DNA of 58,540 nucleotides, filler included, from Sphacelaria rigidula (lineage: Eukaryota): the NCBI GenBank assembly GCA_964200075.2. It is 9 parts of 9 records of this genome, joined end to end, with 100 filler letters (N's around TTAATTAATTAA, not from the genome) between each part and the next. Parts side by side here need not be neighbours in the genome. Positions count along the whole stretch, not along the records: positions 6,517 to 12,932 come from CAXNAA020020200.1; positions 13,033 to 19,448 come from CAXNAA020020201.1; positions 19,549 to 25,964 come from CAXNAA020020202.1; 6 more parts are not named here. One strand, given 5' to 3'. Shown piece by piece: positions 10,812 to 24,100 of this stretch. How positions within the stretch are numbered: the first letter of the stretch is position 1; each line of letters starts with the position of its first letter. The notes beneath the pieces were generated by a model. The model searched no databases. It was not told the DNA's origin and saw only the letters and a list, made by a program, of their open reading frames with translations. The translations under genes and the position numbers were made by a program.

Positions 10812-11010
10812 GTCAAGATTGTCTCCACAAGTGTTTGATCTCTCATACCTCCACACCCACCCCCACCATCGAACAGCACCCTCCTTACGCTGGGCCCCCA
10901 CACGGCCGAAAGCCGGGTCAACTACTGGAGCACNNNNNNNNNNTTTTTCCCCCCGCCGGTCAAGATTGCCTCCACAAGGTTTTGATCTCTCCTCCCCCCC
11001 CCCCCCCCCC
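10812..11010 (+). repeat. Two 33-bp motifs, each followed by a C-rich tract
   Basis: GTCAAGATTG(T/C)CTCCACAAG..TTTGATCTCTC at 10812 and 10959. Confidence 0.7.
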
Positions 11011-11619
11011 AACTGGCGTATGGCACGCTCTTGTCGTTGGGCACCCAGATGGTCACATGTCGGGTAAAATCAACGACGACTAACACCCCCCAAGTTCAAA
11101 TTGGATCTGTTATTGCCGCAGCACCGTCCTTGTTGGCATGTGTGACAGAGAACGGTAGCGGTGACGGGAACTTCACCCTCTTTTTCAACGACATGTTTTT
11201 CAGCCTGCAGAGGCGCGTCCTGTCCAAAAAGAGAGGCAGAGAGAAATCGATCTTCGCATTGGTGAGCTCCACATTCAAGAAGAGACGAGATCCCTCCGCA
11301 CCTCGATGCTCATCGGGGGGCTGTGCGCAGCAATATTACATGCCTACCGGCACATGAGAAATTGGGTACATGCTGGTAACATCCATGATGCCGGTCCCTC
11401 GAGCGAATGGTAATCGCCGAGCGAGAACACACAAAGGACACGGGCGAGGAACTTCGTCTCTGTCGTTGCTTCACTGCTGCAGACTGTGGGGGGGGAAGAT
11501 GGTTTCGCTCTGTGTAACTGTTTCGCGTCTTCCCTGCAAAAAAGATATGCCACTTGAACCTCATTTTAGAGATCAGCCCCATTTCCCAGAATCCACTGTT
11601 GTTTGGTAGTGCTGTTCGA

Positions 11620-11813
11620 CAGTATCTTCGCACGTTTGACCGGACCCAAAGCGGCAACTTTCTCGCAGCTCTTGAGAGTCCTTTACTTTGTGTGGAATGA
11701 GTTGAAATAATGGAAGTGTTGGGTTTTTACAACCCTTGTAAATTTCGGTGCTGTTACGGTGATTGAACAGACGCCGCGACAGTCAGTACAGTAGAGCAAC
11801 GAAAGCTAGCTAT
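11620..11813. repeat. ~200-bp dispersed repeat, copy 2
   Basis: Diverged direct repeat of 10321-10520. Confidence 0.85.
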
Positions 11814-11973
11814 AATAGAGAGTTTCGGAAGATGTTTTTTTTTTATCATAGTCAATTTTTTTCTGTTCCTTTTTTTTTTCCCCCTTGGAGCGTATTTGAA
11901 TTTCGTTTTTCTTGGCTGCGTCTATCATGAGACCACGACTGGACCCAGGAGGGGGGGGTCAGTTAAAGTGCGA

Positions 11974-12000
11974 CAATCAATCAATCAATCAATCAATCAA
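11974..12000. repeat. (CAAT)n microsatellite
   Basis: Direct reading. Confidence 0.9.
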
Positions 12001-12169
12001 AAATGTCAGTGCAGAGTGGAAGCTTTCAAACTTTACAGTGGACGTTGAAAAGTTCAGCGGAAGCTGATGTGACGTGGCTTGACGTGATATTTTTTTGTCG
12101 CAGTGATTAGCCGCAGGTTGCCCCGCCAAATGTACGATCGATCAGCGTCCAGTTTGAAAGTGCACAGGC

Positions 12170-12480
12170 CGGCACAACACTGACTGTATCGTATACTGCG
12201 ACATCGTACGCACCGTACACTACGCTTTTTCATTGCACCTGCAGTACTTGAACCCACTGCGGCGCACTACAGAACACTGTAGTGCCGTAGTGCCGTAGTG
12301 CTGTAGTGTTGTGCAGCGTGGACTACAGTGCAGTACAGAGAGTGCAATACAGAGGGTGCAATACAGAGAGTGCAATACAGAACCCTACAACAGTGTTTTG
12401 CGATGCGGTGGATTTCTGTAGAGCGATACCGCACAGAGAGTCAGTAGTACAGACAGTAGTACAGACAGTACGGTCCGCAG
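12170..12480. repeat. Cryptic repeat of TACAG/CTGTA motifs, including 3x GTGCAATACAGA
   Basis: Direct reading; likely subterminal repeats of a transposon. Confidence 0.6.
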
Positions 12481-12650
12481 CACTTTCAAACAACAGACCT
12501 CGGCCGCATTGCGATGATTTTTCCACACATGCCACCCACAACGGTGGTGCAAGATGTCATGATCTCTCACAGGATGGGAATACAGCTAGGTGTAGTACTG
12601 CTTGTGCGCTGTAGACTACGAATCGTTCCCACCGTAACACGGGATCTTAC

Positions 12651-12830
12651 AAATTGGGGATGAGAAACCCGGAGGATTAAAATCTTCGTATCCACACCAA
12701 ATCTTCGAAGTATGGTTCCATCTCTTTACCTACTGATAGGTATTGACAGCTGCTACACGCTACAGAACTGTGGATTTCGATCATCGAAATGTTGGCGTCC
12801 TAGGTGAAAAACCAACTTGGGAAGCAATTC
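12651..12830. repeat. Copy of the foldback-arm repeat family seen at 57270-57440
   Basis: ATTGGGGATGAGAA.CCCGGAG.ATTAAAATCTTCGTATC..CACCAAATCTTCGAA..ATGGTTCCAT shared. Confidence 0.8.
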
Positions 12831-13402
12831 GGCGTCAGTTCGGATACCCGAATTTCCCCAAAATTGTTTTTGGGCAATGGCCTAGATAAGATATACCTCC
12901 TCGTTTTTTGCCTAAGAAAAATACGAAAAATGNNNNNNNNNNNNNNNNNNNNNNNNNNNNNNNNNNNNNNNNNNNNTTAATTAATTAANNNNNNNNNNNN
13001 NNNNNNNNNNNNNNNNNNNNNNNNNNNNNNNNACTGGCCCGAATGGTTTTGAAAAACGTCGATCCTGAGGTATTTTAAACTACGGCGCGGTCCTCTAAGC
13101 ACGCGGTCCTCTCACGCATTACAGTCCGCCTAGCTGTAAACACATAATCGTAAAGAGGCGAGAAAATGAGCCTTCAGGAAGCGTCCAGGACAGCGATCAC
13201 GTACGGTTCAAACCGAAAGTGTCCACCTCTTCCGTTCTCGGCTCAACGTCATCAAGCTGTGCGGTTTGCAGGGTATCCAAGAAGCACAGACACCTGGCTG
13301 CGTCTGCGAACCAGCGATACTTCCTATAAATGTGTGCTGTTCATCATGCATGCGTCGCATGTTTCCCTATTACTTGCGTTCCGAACTTTGATCTCGCCGC
13401 AG

Positions 13403-13498
13403 GTGCTACAAGACCCGTCTCAGCAGCGCCTGAGCTGCGTCAGCGTGTCGCCATCCGGACGCTACCTTGCACTCGCGGGAGACGACGAGACGTTGAAG
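13403..13498 (+). CDS. Internal exon of a WD40-repeat protein
   Basis: CCGCAG| acceptor and AAG|GT donor, 96 bp, phase 0; VLQDPSQQRLSCVSVSPSGRYLALAGDDETLK fits one WD40 blade. Confidence 0.8.
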
Positions 13499-15465
13499 GT
13501 AGAAGGACGGTAGAGTAAAACAAAAGAAGTGTGTGAATGAACGTGCGGTTCTCATGTATGTCTCGGAATACGTATGCACAACTGAAAGCCTTGAGCGACC
13601 GACGACCGGAAAAAAAATAACTTCGAAGTTGACGAAAGGACTCCACGAGTCAAGCGTCAGGCGTTGTGTGGGGTTATGTGTTCAATCATGTTAATCTCCC
13701 ACCGCCGGTCGTATTTCGTTCGCCGCACTTTGAAACCCTTCCTCTTCCTCGGACAAGTCCATAGTCTCAAGGGGTCCTCTCACCTCTCACCCGGAACAGT
13801 GACTGCCACGTTGATATCGCAGATTGGATCGGTATTCCCGCACCGCGTCAGGTTTCGTCAAAGCTTCTGTCACTCACGTCCTGACGGATTCGAAGACAGA
13901 AATCAGATACCCCGGAGAGAGGAAAATGTAGAGTAGTGTATCCACTTGGAACCAAACTCATCACTACTCCTCCCTCGCCGGTTTCAAGATGTAAGAGGTG
14001 GATAACCGGGGCGCAGCGGGCTTCCCTTCGACGTAGGTAACCTCCCGGCGTTCAACATGCACCCTCCCCCCCCCCCCGCACCCCGCAGGACCCCCTTATT
14101 GAAAAATCATACTCTGTTCTCACAATATTTACAAGGTTCTGGACTTGGCTAACAACTGTGAGACGGTCGCCTGCGAGCGGGCGCACGCGGGCTCCGTGAT
14201 AAGCGTGCAATGGACCGCAGACAACCGCCAACTTGTTTCGGCCGCGGCGGACTGTACACTTGTTGTTTGGAATTTTTTCGGCGAAGATACGCCGCCGCCG
14301 CCGCGGCCGCCGACGGAAGGCTAGCAGTAGATTTGAGCCACACAGCAGAGAAAGGCGCGATAGTGACGCAGTGGGTGGTGGATCATCACGGGTTCGGAGG
14401 ACACATCGTTGGGCAAGGCATTGCTGCTGTATTTCCCAAAAGTAGCGTTCTTCGGCGAGATCGGGTGGTTGTCGTTAGGATTGGGCTCCCTTCTCCTCTT
14501 CCTTTCGGTAGCTTCTGCGGATACGATTGATGGCGGCTCTACACGCTTCGGGATTCAACCGGCTGGAAACAACGCTCACCGGAGGGCTCAATGAGCATGC
14601 ACTACAAGTACCTGGTGTCCGCTGTGAAGTGTGCACAAGCGGCTTGCTACTGAGAGACAACAATTTGGGCCGACTTGTGATAATGCGCTCATGCTTCCCC
14701 CGCTTTCGGTGGTCTTACTGCAAATTTGGCGGTTCGTTTACATGGTAAAAAGTTACACAAAGTCAGTAGCGTCCATCTTTGCTGGCGAAGAAGTCGCCGC
14801 CAAGGTGTATTGTTGTACTCGCCGGGTTCATATTTCAAGAGCGCATATATATATATATATATATAAAGTCGTGTTATTGAACAAATGACCACACTCCTCG
14901 CTGGCCATCCATTGGATTTGACGGTGGTCGAGGAGAGACAGCGTCGTGGGTAGCCGTACAACAATTATACTACGCACCGTGTTTGATCATGCAACCGCAG
15001 CATCTTGGGCTTACACGCTGCTGCAGGCCAGCAAATGTACAACAAGCACATGTAAGTTCTACAGTCATCTAAATCTGGCATGACTCTTGTGTGCAAGTTT
15101 CAGATCCGAGCGTACGGTTTGTTTCGCATTCTTGGCACGCCGTTCTGTCCCAGAGCATCAGGGAGGGAACAGATCCGTACTTCGTCGTTATCTTTTCCGT
15201 CGTATCCTCCCAAGATTGGTCAGCGCTATTTAGATACCACAGGCCACTTGCCGTACATACTAACTTGAACGCTTCCGAACCCTCTTCCGTGGTTCAACCA
15301 GCAGAAACCAAAACTACGGAAGCGGCTGAGTAATAAATAACCTCCCTACCCAAAGATTCCACAGAGTATTTCAATACGGACTTGATTCGCTTTGCCCCAC
15401 TTGCGAAACTTCATATAAAAAAGCACACGCACATACGGTCTGTGTGACCATGGTAACACCAAACC

Positions 15466-15590
15466 GGGTAATCTACTGTACCGAACCCCTCGGTCAGGGT
15501 CGTAGTGTGTCAACACAATAGAAGGCAAGGGGGAGGAACGCGCAAGGGATAATCTACTGTACCAAACGCCCCAGTCAGGATCATTTTGTG
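15466..15590. repeat. ~45-bp direct repeat pair
   Basis: TAATCTACTGTACC.AAC...C.GTCAGG.TC at ~15469 and ~15550. Confidence 0.6.
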
Positions 15591-18500
15591 CAAAGAGCAC
15601 AAATGACAAGGGGGAAAGAAAAGGCAAGGCAAAACATCGCTGTACAATATATCAAGGACTACCAACTTCATCGCACACCAGCAAAAACAGGTCGGTGGAC
15701 CGTGTTAAAGATCTCTGCACGTACGTCCTCCGAAAATCTACGTTGTTTACAAATACAAGGGCTCTCAGTGGATTCTTACTCGCACAATCGACGCAAAACA
15801 AGTCCCTCCGTCTTCTCTTTACCCTTGGGCAAAAGAGCGGAGGGAAGGGAGGAGGCGGCAGCTCCCCATGAGCATTTTGATGGCCAATTACTCAGGTTTA
15901 ACTCGTTGACCGCGAGGATGGGTTATTCGGGTGTCACATTTATTTCGTTGTTTCCACTTGAAAAAAATGGAAGATCCGGATGACCCACCGTCGCGGTCAA
16001 AGAGTCAACTCATCTTACACGTATAATGGCGGCACGAAGTCAGCCCTCCCCCCTCCCCCCTTCCCACTCCAAAGGTTTTGAGCAGCACTGCTCCCAGTTC
16101 TTTGTTGCCATGAAAAAGAGTATGCGCCAACTGTGCTGCGTCATCCCCCAAATGAACTGTAACGTTTTCGATTCCCACAGGACTAGGACTTCGTCATCAC
16201 ATGGTTGCACAGCACCAGAAACTGACGTTTCGTTCTTAGATGTTGTCTCCGTCTCCGACGAGCGCGGTATGCGCTGATAAACTGTTTCCTTAATCCTATT
16301 AAACCCTGCAACATAAAGTGCGTGGTCATTCTCCGGTGAGCCCATGTACGCCAAATCAAACTCCTCTACCCGACTTGATTTTAACACACAGAAAATCCTC
16401 CGGCATAGATCCCAGATCTTCGCCGGCAGAAAACTCATGCATCTCGCTCATGTAGGCATGCATGGGAACAGGTCTAGATTACTCAATTAATCATCATCAA
16501 ATATACCAATAAAAGGATCAACAAACCATCATTAATTATACCTATACAAGAGACGGATTGAAGGAGGAGAAATATATGTATGTATGTACATATATATATC
16601 AATTTTCGATCAACATAAATAGATGTAATCCCCAAGTCTGCATGTCCGAAATCGACAAGATATTCCTCCATCATCACCAACACTCACAATAGGAGAATAA
16701 AATTAAAAAAAAACGGTACTAAGGGTGGCTTAAGCTTGCTGCCACAATTGGCAACATGTCACCCCCCTTTTCAATGCCAGGCCGACTGCAAACGAAAAAA
16801 AAGTAGTTAAGATGCCTTCAACTTGCCGTCGTCGCTCGCAGCAGCGAGAGCAGGCTGAGGGTTGACCGTTGCGGTGACCCCGGTCAAGCCTAACCCCAGC
16901 TTCAATATCTTGCAGATGGGGTCCTGGTACTGGTGGAGTGAGGAGGGGTGGGAGGGGGGGGGTGTCCGTTTGTGTGACCGTCCGTATTAACAGCAGCGCG
17001 TACGTGAGCAAGTTGCCGCCAGATCAGAACAGAGAAACGGCCGCAGTCACGACAAGAAAGAAACGGGAGGGGAAAAAAGCAGGGGAGTGGGCATCGCGAG
17101 CATAAATGTATGCCTAGATACTGCTTTGGTATATATCTGGATATCCGAAGTGTGCATACGTATGCATACGTGGATCCTGTCCCATCGGAGGCGTATACTA
17201 CCTGAAACGTCTATCGATGACACACCATCTGTTCACACATACATACCTTCATTATACGCAACACGCGGAGCAACAAACAAATCCCCACATATCAACAGCG
17301 GATGGATTTGATTCGGGGGGGGGGGGGCAGTGATTCCACCAAACGGCCGAAAACATTCTCGAGCAAAATCTACGGTCTTGTTTGATCGTTTTTGACATGT
17401 TCTGCAGCGGCATCCTGCTCTCCACTTGCCTCGCAACTCAGTGTTCAAATATAGCAGCAGCTTCGGGAGCACTTCTCGACAATAATCACGTTTTTGTGGA
17501 CAGGTGAAATGATGTCTATTGTACAAAGGTGAATCATGATCTACTTGCCGTGAGTGCACTTCAACGACCATAATCGAGACTAAACAAAGGACGACACATG
17601 AACGAAGATTCGGCTCCAAAGGAAAATGGAAGTAAAAAATCTTCATCAACCCAACACACAGCCGAACGGAGGGCGTCAGTGTATCTATAGGCTTGCTCGC
17701 TTCCTCACTCCCCCTACCCTCCCCTCTCCCTCCTCCTGCTCATTCTCACCATACTTGCGCGCACAAAAAGAAAAAGAAAAAAAAGAAAAACACGAAATGA
17801 CTACAACAAGCAAATTAATGAGCTAAACTGCTGTACCTCAATAAAAGACACTGCACAGAGAACTCACGTTTGGCCTGAAATAGTCCATGAAATGGTTTGC
17901 TGTGACGTAAACGGCGACCATGGCGGCCGCTTCTACGCACGGACCATTGCCGTGAGCGACCGACCACGATCCCAGCCAAGATAGCGGAAACGGCTGGGTC
18001 ACATGGCAGCAGCGACCAATGGATGGGTGCGGGAGAGGGGGGGGGGGTCCAGAGGATCGCGGGGGGTAGGGGCAAGGCAAGGCCAAGCAGTCAGAGTGAC
18101 GCACGCGTCATCTTCACAAAGCAACCCTTAGCCGAAGATGGTGTCTGATAACAGCAGCACCAAAAGAGCAGGGGCAAAATTCACTTTTTTGGAGAACAGC
18201 GACAGAACTACTCCCAAGTCCAGGACGAGCACAACCAAAACCCACGTACGGTATCCATCAGGACGTTCGTACAACAGTAGTATGGTACACATGTAAAAGT
18301 TTTTTGAAAGCAATAGTTTGGTAGATAGGACCTTGCCGCATCACTCGATAGAAAAAGAAAAACAAAATGAAAATCTAGGGAACGATCCCGGGTTCCGTCA
18401 CGATTCGTATCAGAAAATTCCGCCCGAACGTATCGTTTCTCGTACGTATGCGTGCTGTTGTGTACGTGTTGCTCGTACAGCCTCACCGCGGAGGTCAGAT

Positions 18501-18797
18501 ATCCGTGCGGGTCCGCCAAGATGTAGTATAGGCATGATGCTCCGAAAGAGCGCTGCACCGAAAACGAAGGGGAAGCGAGGGCGGTTGGCGTGCGCTGCAA
18601 GTTCCACGTTGCGCCTTCAAGGCTGATCGCAGCAATCGAAAGGGGAAAAACGGGGGTGGGGGGGGCGGGGCGGGGGAAGGCGTGAAAAAGTAAACGCGGG
18701 AATCCCAAGGCGGGCACACAAAACAGAAAGCGAACCAAAAACGCTTGAAATCCGGAGGAGAATGCGATCGTTAATATATATATATATATATATGCAT

Positions 18798-19050
18798 GAG
18801 AGGTGCTACGGTGGGGGTGCACAAATAGTCCATGAGGTTCGCATTGTTAGGAGCCCTCTATTTAATCCAAAAACGGCTCACGAAATATATGAGTGCACAC
18901 CACGATTAGCATTCTGATGGGCTCGGGAATATCCTCAATGAACTTGAAAACGGTATCGTCCTGACCCATACTCTTGTGTAGCTCTCAACTCTAGGAGCCC
19001 GTGAGTGAGAAAGATCCGAGGGTCCAAATGTGCAATCCCTACCGTAGCAT
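18798..19050 (+). mobile_element. MITE family A, diverged copy
   Basis: GAGAGGTGCTACGGTGGGGGTGCACA ... CCCTACCGTAGCAT; internal GGAGCCCTCTATTTAATCCA shared with the other copies. Confidence 0.75.
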
Positions 19051-19379
19051 GATAAACCGTATCTAGATATACAAGGGTCAAGAGCTTTTGATGGCGTGCA
19101 TGGGTGAGGACGACGAGGAGTGGATTCTAAACTACTGGAGGTCATCACGTTTTCGTACACAAATACATGTGCTGACTGGTGGGCGTGTCAACCAAAGATA
19201 GTACTACATGTACACAAACATATATATATATGGAGTAGACAGCGATGCACTTGCACCGATCGGGCAGCTCTAGCATCTAAATGAAGCATGGTAGCAAGGA
19301 TACGATCCTTGTCTTTTGGAACCTTGTGAAGTATTGTCCATACCCTCCACCGTCATGTAATACCCCACCCCCCTTTGCC

Positions 19380-19448
19380 TGCTCCGTCTCGAAAGGGATG
19401 CGTGGTCAATGGTCAAATGACTAAGGCAAGCAACAAATGAGTACGCCC
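19380..19448 (+). mobile_element. LINE 3'-end fragment
   Basis: GAAAGGGATGCGTGGTCAATGGTCAAATGACTAAGGCAAGCAACAAATGAGTACGCCC; the contig ends in the C tract. Confidence 0.8.
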
Positions 19449-21148
19449 NNNNNNNNNNNNNNNNNNNNNNNNNNNNNNNNNNNNNNNNNNNNTTAATTAA
19501 TTAANNNNNNNNNNNNNNNNNNNNNNNNNNNNNNNNNNNNNNNNNNNNCTTTACAACACCTTATCATTATCTTGGAGTAAAAACTCTGCAGCCCTGCACA
19601 ATCTGGCCTAGGCTACACAGCGAGGGTCATCATCTACAGGATGCCCTTGTCCCCTGGTCATCATTCAGGATCCACTATATACTCAATCGTGACGGCGTGA
19701 TTTCGCCACACCCCCTACTTCGCCAGGTACAAGTCGGGGTGCAAAGAGGCTCCCACCCCAGAGTGTTTCTCGGGCATCGACCAACACGCCGGAACATCTG
19801 CCACGCTGATTCTGAGCGTCAGGGGAATAGTGCCCCAGGACAAGTGGACCAATCGCCTCACGAAGTGAGTACATGGCTCGCCTATAGTGGCACTATGAGA
19901 GTGGACGTGTATATTTTGAGATGGTGTATGTCTTTGCTTGCGTCCTTCCTCACTCCGGTCCCCGAGAAACGAGAATGAGATTTTTGTTGAGGACGAACCT
20001 GGGAAACAAAACGTTTTCGAAATAAAAGTATATCTGCACTCTCCGGCGGGAATGTGTGGCGTCGCTCACGCCACGAACGAGGATCACCCGGAGTGAGTAA
20101 GGTCCTGTGTTTTTCAGGAGAATCTGAAAAATAAACACTTTTCATGGCGTTGGGCACTAAACCAGTACATGCACTGCCAGTGCATATGTACTACCGGTGC
20201 ATATGCACTGGTAGACAGCCTCGCCAGTACACCAGTACATACACATCTACGTAGATTCCTCAATACGCCTGAAGAATCAGCGGAAACCCATCCATTCAGG
20301 CCGCCTCAAAGGAGACACAGCACACCGCACACCCCACACGAACTCCTACGTATTGTTGTAGCATGCTATGCTGGTTCGTGTTCCCTTTGTTTTTTGTTTT
20401 TTTTCTTGGCTTCTTGGTTTAATTTCAGGGCTGCCGTGTCGTTGCACCCTTTGTTTTTCTGCGAGAGGTTGTCCAGTCCAGTGAACAAGAGTGCCACTCA
20501 CCACCTTGTACTCTTGTGCCTTGTGCTTTCAACTGCTGGTTTTCAGGGCTTTCTACTCAGTCTTGCATTTTTTCAAAACTCCCCAACGTAGGGGATGTGC
20601 TGGAACATACAGTTTCGCGCCCTTTCATATGCACAGAAAACGCCTCCCACGATCCTGGAGATCCTGGAGTTTGTGGGTGTTGCAAAATCTGAAATTTGTG
20701 CCACATTCCCTCATCTAGAAAAGTAGAAAACCAATAAATTTGGGCATTGTCCTCGAAATTTCTATCGTTTTCCCAGCGATAGTGCCTCTGTCACATGGGG
20801 CCAAAATCACTCATTTTTTTTATCGACTAGTGAAGCTAAATCGCGTGAAAAAGCGCCTCCAGCGGGGCCCCCTCACCAGCCGGAGAGTGTAGGTCTCTTC
20901 ATGTTCCGATTTGTTTCCGATGCTTGTGGACGTTACCAAGGGCGATCCGCAACAATAAACCCCGCCTCAATATTTGAAACCGCGTGCTCAGGCGGGTGCA
21001 TTGTTTTCCGAATGTGTTCGTAGCCGTTGTTCAACCGTGGCGGTTGCTGATGGCTGCCACTCCGTCGCGGTACGCTACGTGAATATATCCGATTGACATG
21101 TAGTTGATGGCGCGTGTGCTATACTGCTGTCTGCCGCCCGGGCCCCAG

Positions 21149-24100
21149 GGAGATTAGCAAGCTCGCTTTCGAGTCATACAGCAGCTGCGAAACGGGGGTC
21201 CAGCCGCATTTCAAAGAACTGAAGGAGAAAGTAGACGCGCTCGTGCAAAAAATAGCTTGGGGCGACAACGCAGTTTCGAGCGACAAGAAGAAGGAGATAG
21301 ACGAGCTGGGGGGTACGATTAAAGCGGTCGCTGCCCGCAAGCCTAGGCATCGTGTCAGAAAGGTAACATACGCATTTATCTCCTTCGATGCGAACTGCGC
21401 ATGCATATGCGTGTACCACAGTTTAAATCAGGCACCACGGTCTGCCGCGTGTGGCGAGGAACGGTCCGCCGCCCCCGCTTTCACGTGTTGTTCCCTCTCC
21501 AATCCATCATCATCCCCCCCTGTCCCGACGACTGGACAACATGCCCATACAGGTGCTGCAGAAGGACCCCAAACTGCGCGCGTACCTGACCACGTCGAAT
21601 GAAAAATACCAGGACGTCATAAACAGAGTCAACCTAGTCCACACTCACAATGCCATGCAAGCCGATGATGATGGTAGTATCGACGAGTCGGACACTGGGA
21701 GTGGCAGTGAAGACGATGGCGAAGACAACCCCGGCAGCGGCGGGGGCGGGGGCGAGGGTGAGGGCGGGCAGGGCAACGGGAACGAGAAGGACGACAAAGG
21801 CGATGTCGACAAAGAAAACGGGAACAACGAACCACAAGACAACGACGACGACGACGACGACGACGCATACGCCGGCGGTTTCTTCGGGGGATACACCGGT
21901 GGTATCTTGGACAACCTGCCCGACAACCCCGATGACGACAGCAGCGGGGGCAAGGGGAAGGGGGAGGGAGAAACCGAGAAGGGGAAGAAGGTGGAGGTCA
22001 ATAAGGAAAATAAAAAGCAAAAGGGGAAAAAGAAGAAGTATCCCAGTGTCCTACAGCACAAGCCCTCCTCCTCCAACCGCCAAGCGACGGGTATGCAGTT
22101 GTGCAGGTGATTGCATGCCGTTCTGTGGTCGCGTGTTGCTCCGTTTGGAACTGGTCGTGCGCGGTTTCGGGTGTGCTTCGTGGAACTGTGGGGCACTCTT
22201 GGTCTATCCCGCTATCTATGGAGGGAGATATTGGAACATGTGATATGTTTCGTCTATATTAATTTACAATATACAGCGTGTGGCCGTGTGCATACAACAG
22301 ACAAATGGAGATGACGCGTATCCGCATCGACTGTACCGTCTTCGTGTCCATGGGCAATTCAAAATATTTGAGCAATGAAGTGATCCGCCATGCTATCGCT
22401 CCTTTGGCCTGTGTATACGCATGTGTTGATGCTATATTGTTGTCCTATCGCGGCAGGAGCGAGAATGCCGTGGTGTACGGCGTACGCCCCCTTGACTCTA
22501 CCACCACGTCTTCGCAGCGGGAAAGCTTGAGCGTCGCCGACCCGCCAATGCTTATCGTCGTCTCCGTCGGCGCCGAACCTCGGCTCCTCAAGAACAAGGA
22601 GTCAGTGAACGCCCACCTGACGTCGGTCATGCGTGAGACCCACAGCCTGCTCCATCCTAAAGGCACTATGGTCTTCTTCGTGCCAAAACCCTGGCCCCTG
22701 CATATGCACCGCCCGCAAGGTGCGTGCAAACACGGCTCGTAGTCAGGCCGAAACACGTTTTTCTGCCGATGGCGAACCTCAGTACAGTGTCTCCGGCAGT
22801 ATTGTTGTGGCCTTTTCTTACCCGCTCCGTTTCTTATGTTTGTTGCAGCGCTCCAACTAGACATCCGCCCGCGCGTCAACTTCTTTGTTGTTTTGATCAT
22901 AATGTAGCGGCTGTTGCATCGATACACGTGGGGTTAGTGCTGGAGGATGAGGTGCTTGTTGTGATCTACGAGACGAGGGGAGGGGGGGGGGAAGGGGCGG
23001 ACTGCTGCAGGTAAGGAACACTATCTCCAACCTGCGGCAGACGCGATCTTAATTGCACACAATGGTGGGCCTGGGTACACGGGCAACAAGCGAGTGACGC
23101 CTTCAGACAAGTTCGACCTCAGCGGCGACCCTTTCCCCTCGCCACTGGCCGTGATGGACGACGTCGAGTATTCTGGCGCAGCGATGGATATCCCTAAAAG
23201 GACTCTCGAATTCCTTGTTAACAGGTGCGTTCGTAGCATTCCCGAACTTACAACAGCAAGCGGAGTGACTGTTGGTGACAGAACAGCTGCAAAAGCCGTT
23301 GGTGGTGAAGGGCTACGGCGTAGTGTTTAGCACGATTCTCCTGTAGTTTTTGTCGTCGTCGGGTTTTAATCTCTACCCGCTTGATTTACGTCTTTTTCAA
23401 CTGGTGCCGTTGTTAGAGCCCTTGCCTGAGACTGATCGCTAGTATTACTGTAGCTGCAGAGGGGGGTATGCAGCGCTACAAACTGTGGAGCACGACTACT
23501 GCTGGAGGAGAGGTATGTGGAGGTTATCTAATCTTTGTCGTTTTCTTTATCTGTATATTAATGTGTACTACTATTCCCAGGGGATGTAATTTCCTCTGAT
23601 CGAGGGTATGTGAAATAGGGTGCACGTGTTGATTAACGATACATTATCACACGAATATTTCTACAGGTACACAAACCCGGGTGACACGGTGCTCAGCTTG
23701 AGTGCCGAAAAAACTGCGTCGTCGAGGTGGCGCTCGAACGTGGAAGGAGAGTATAGGTGTGCGTGGCAAGCCCAGAGGCGACGGGTGTTGTGGAGGAGCG
23801 GCTCAACAACTACTTCCGCCAAGCCTACAACGCGGTGTTGTGGTGCGCGTCAGCCCCCCTTTATTTCGTCGTCTGTTGCTTTTGGTTGTGCTGTATGAAC
23901 ATCGATTGCCCTCTCTCTTGGCGCTTCTACTTGTCGTCCTGTGCTGTTTTTTGTTTTGTGACGTACAGAAGGTCCCGCTTGTTGTTATCTCTAACGCAGA
24001 TACTTCCCCTGTCTCACAAGTCTGTGCCGCTATGTTTGCACGAGCCCTTAACCGTGTCAGACGCGGGCTTTCAAAAAAAAAAGAAGCCCCCCCCCTGAAC

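Noticed and set aside
19600..19880. QGCPLSP-like RT motif remnant
   Set aside because: Needs several indels to read; not supportable by eye.
23011..23040. 30-nt GT-AG intron in the MTase-like gene
   Set aside because: Very short and phase-mismatched; read-through (GKEHYLQPAADAIL) with a frameshift in the upstream G run fits better.
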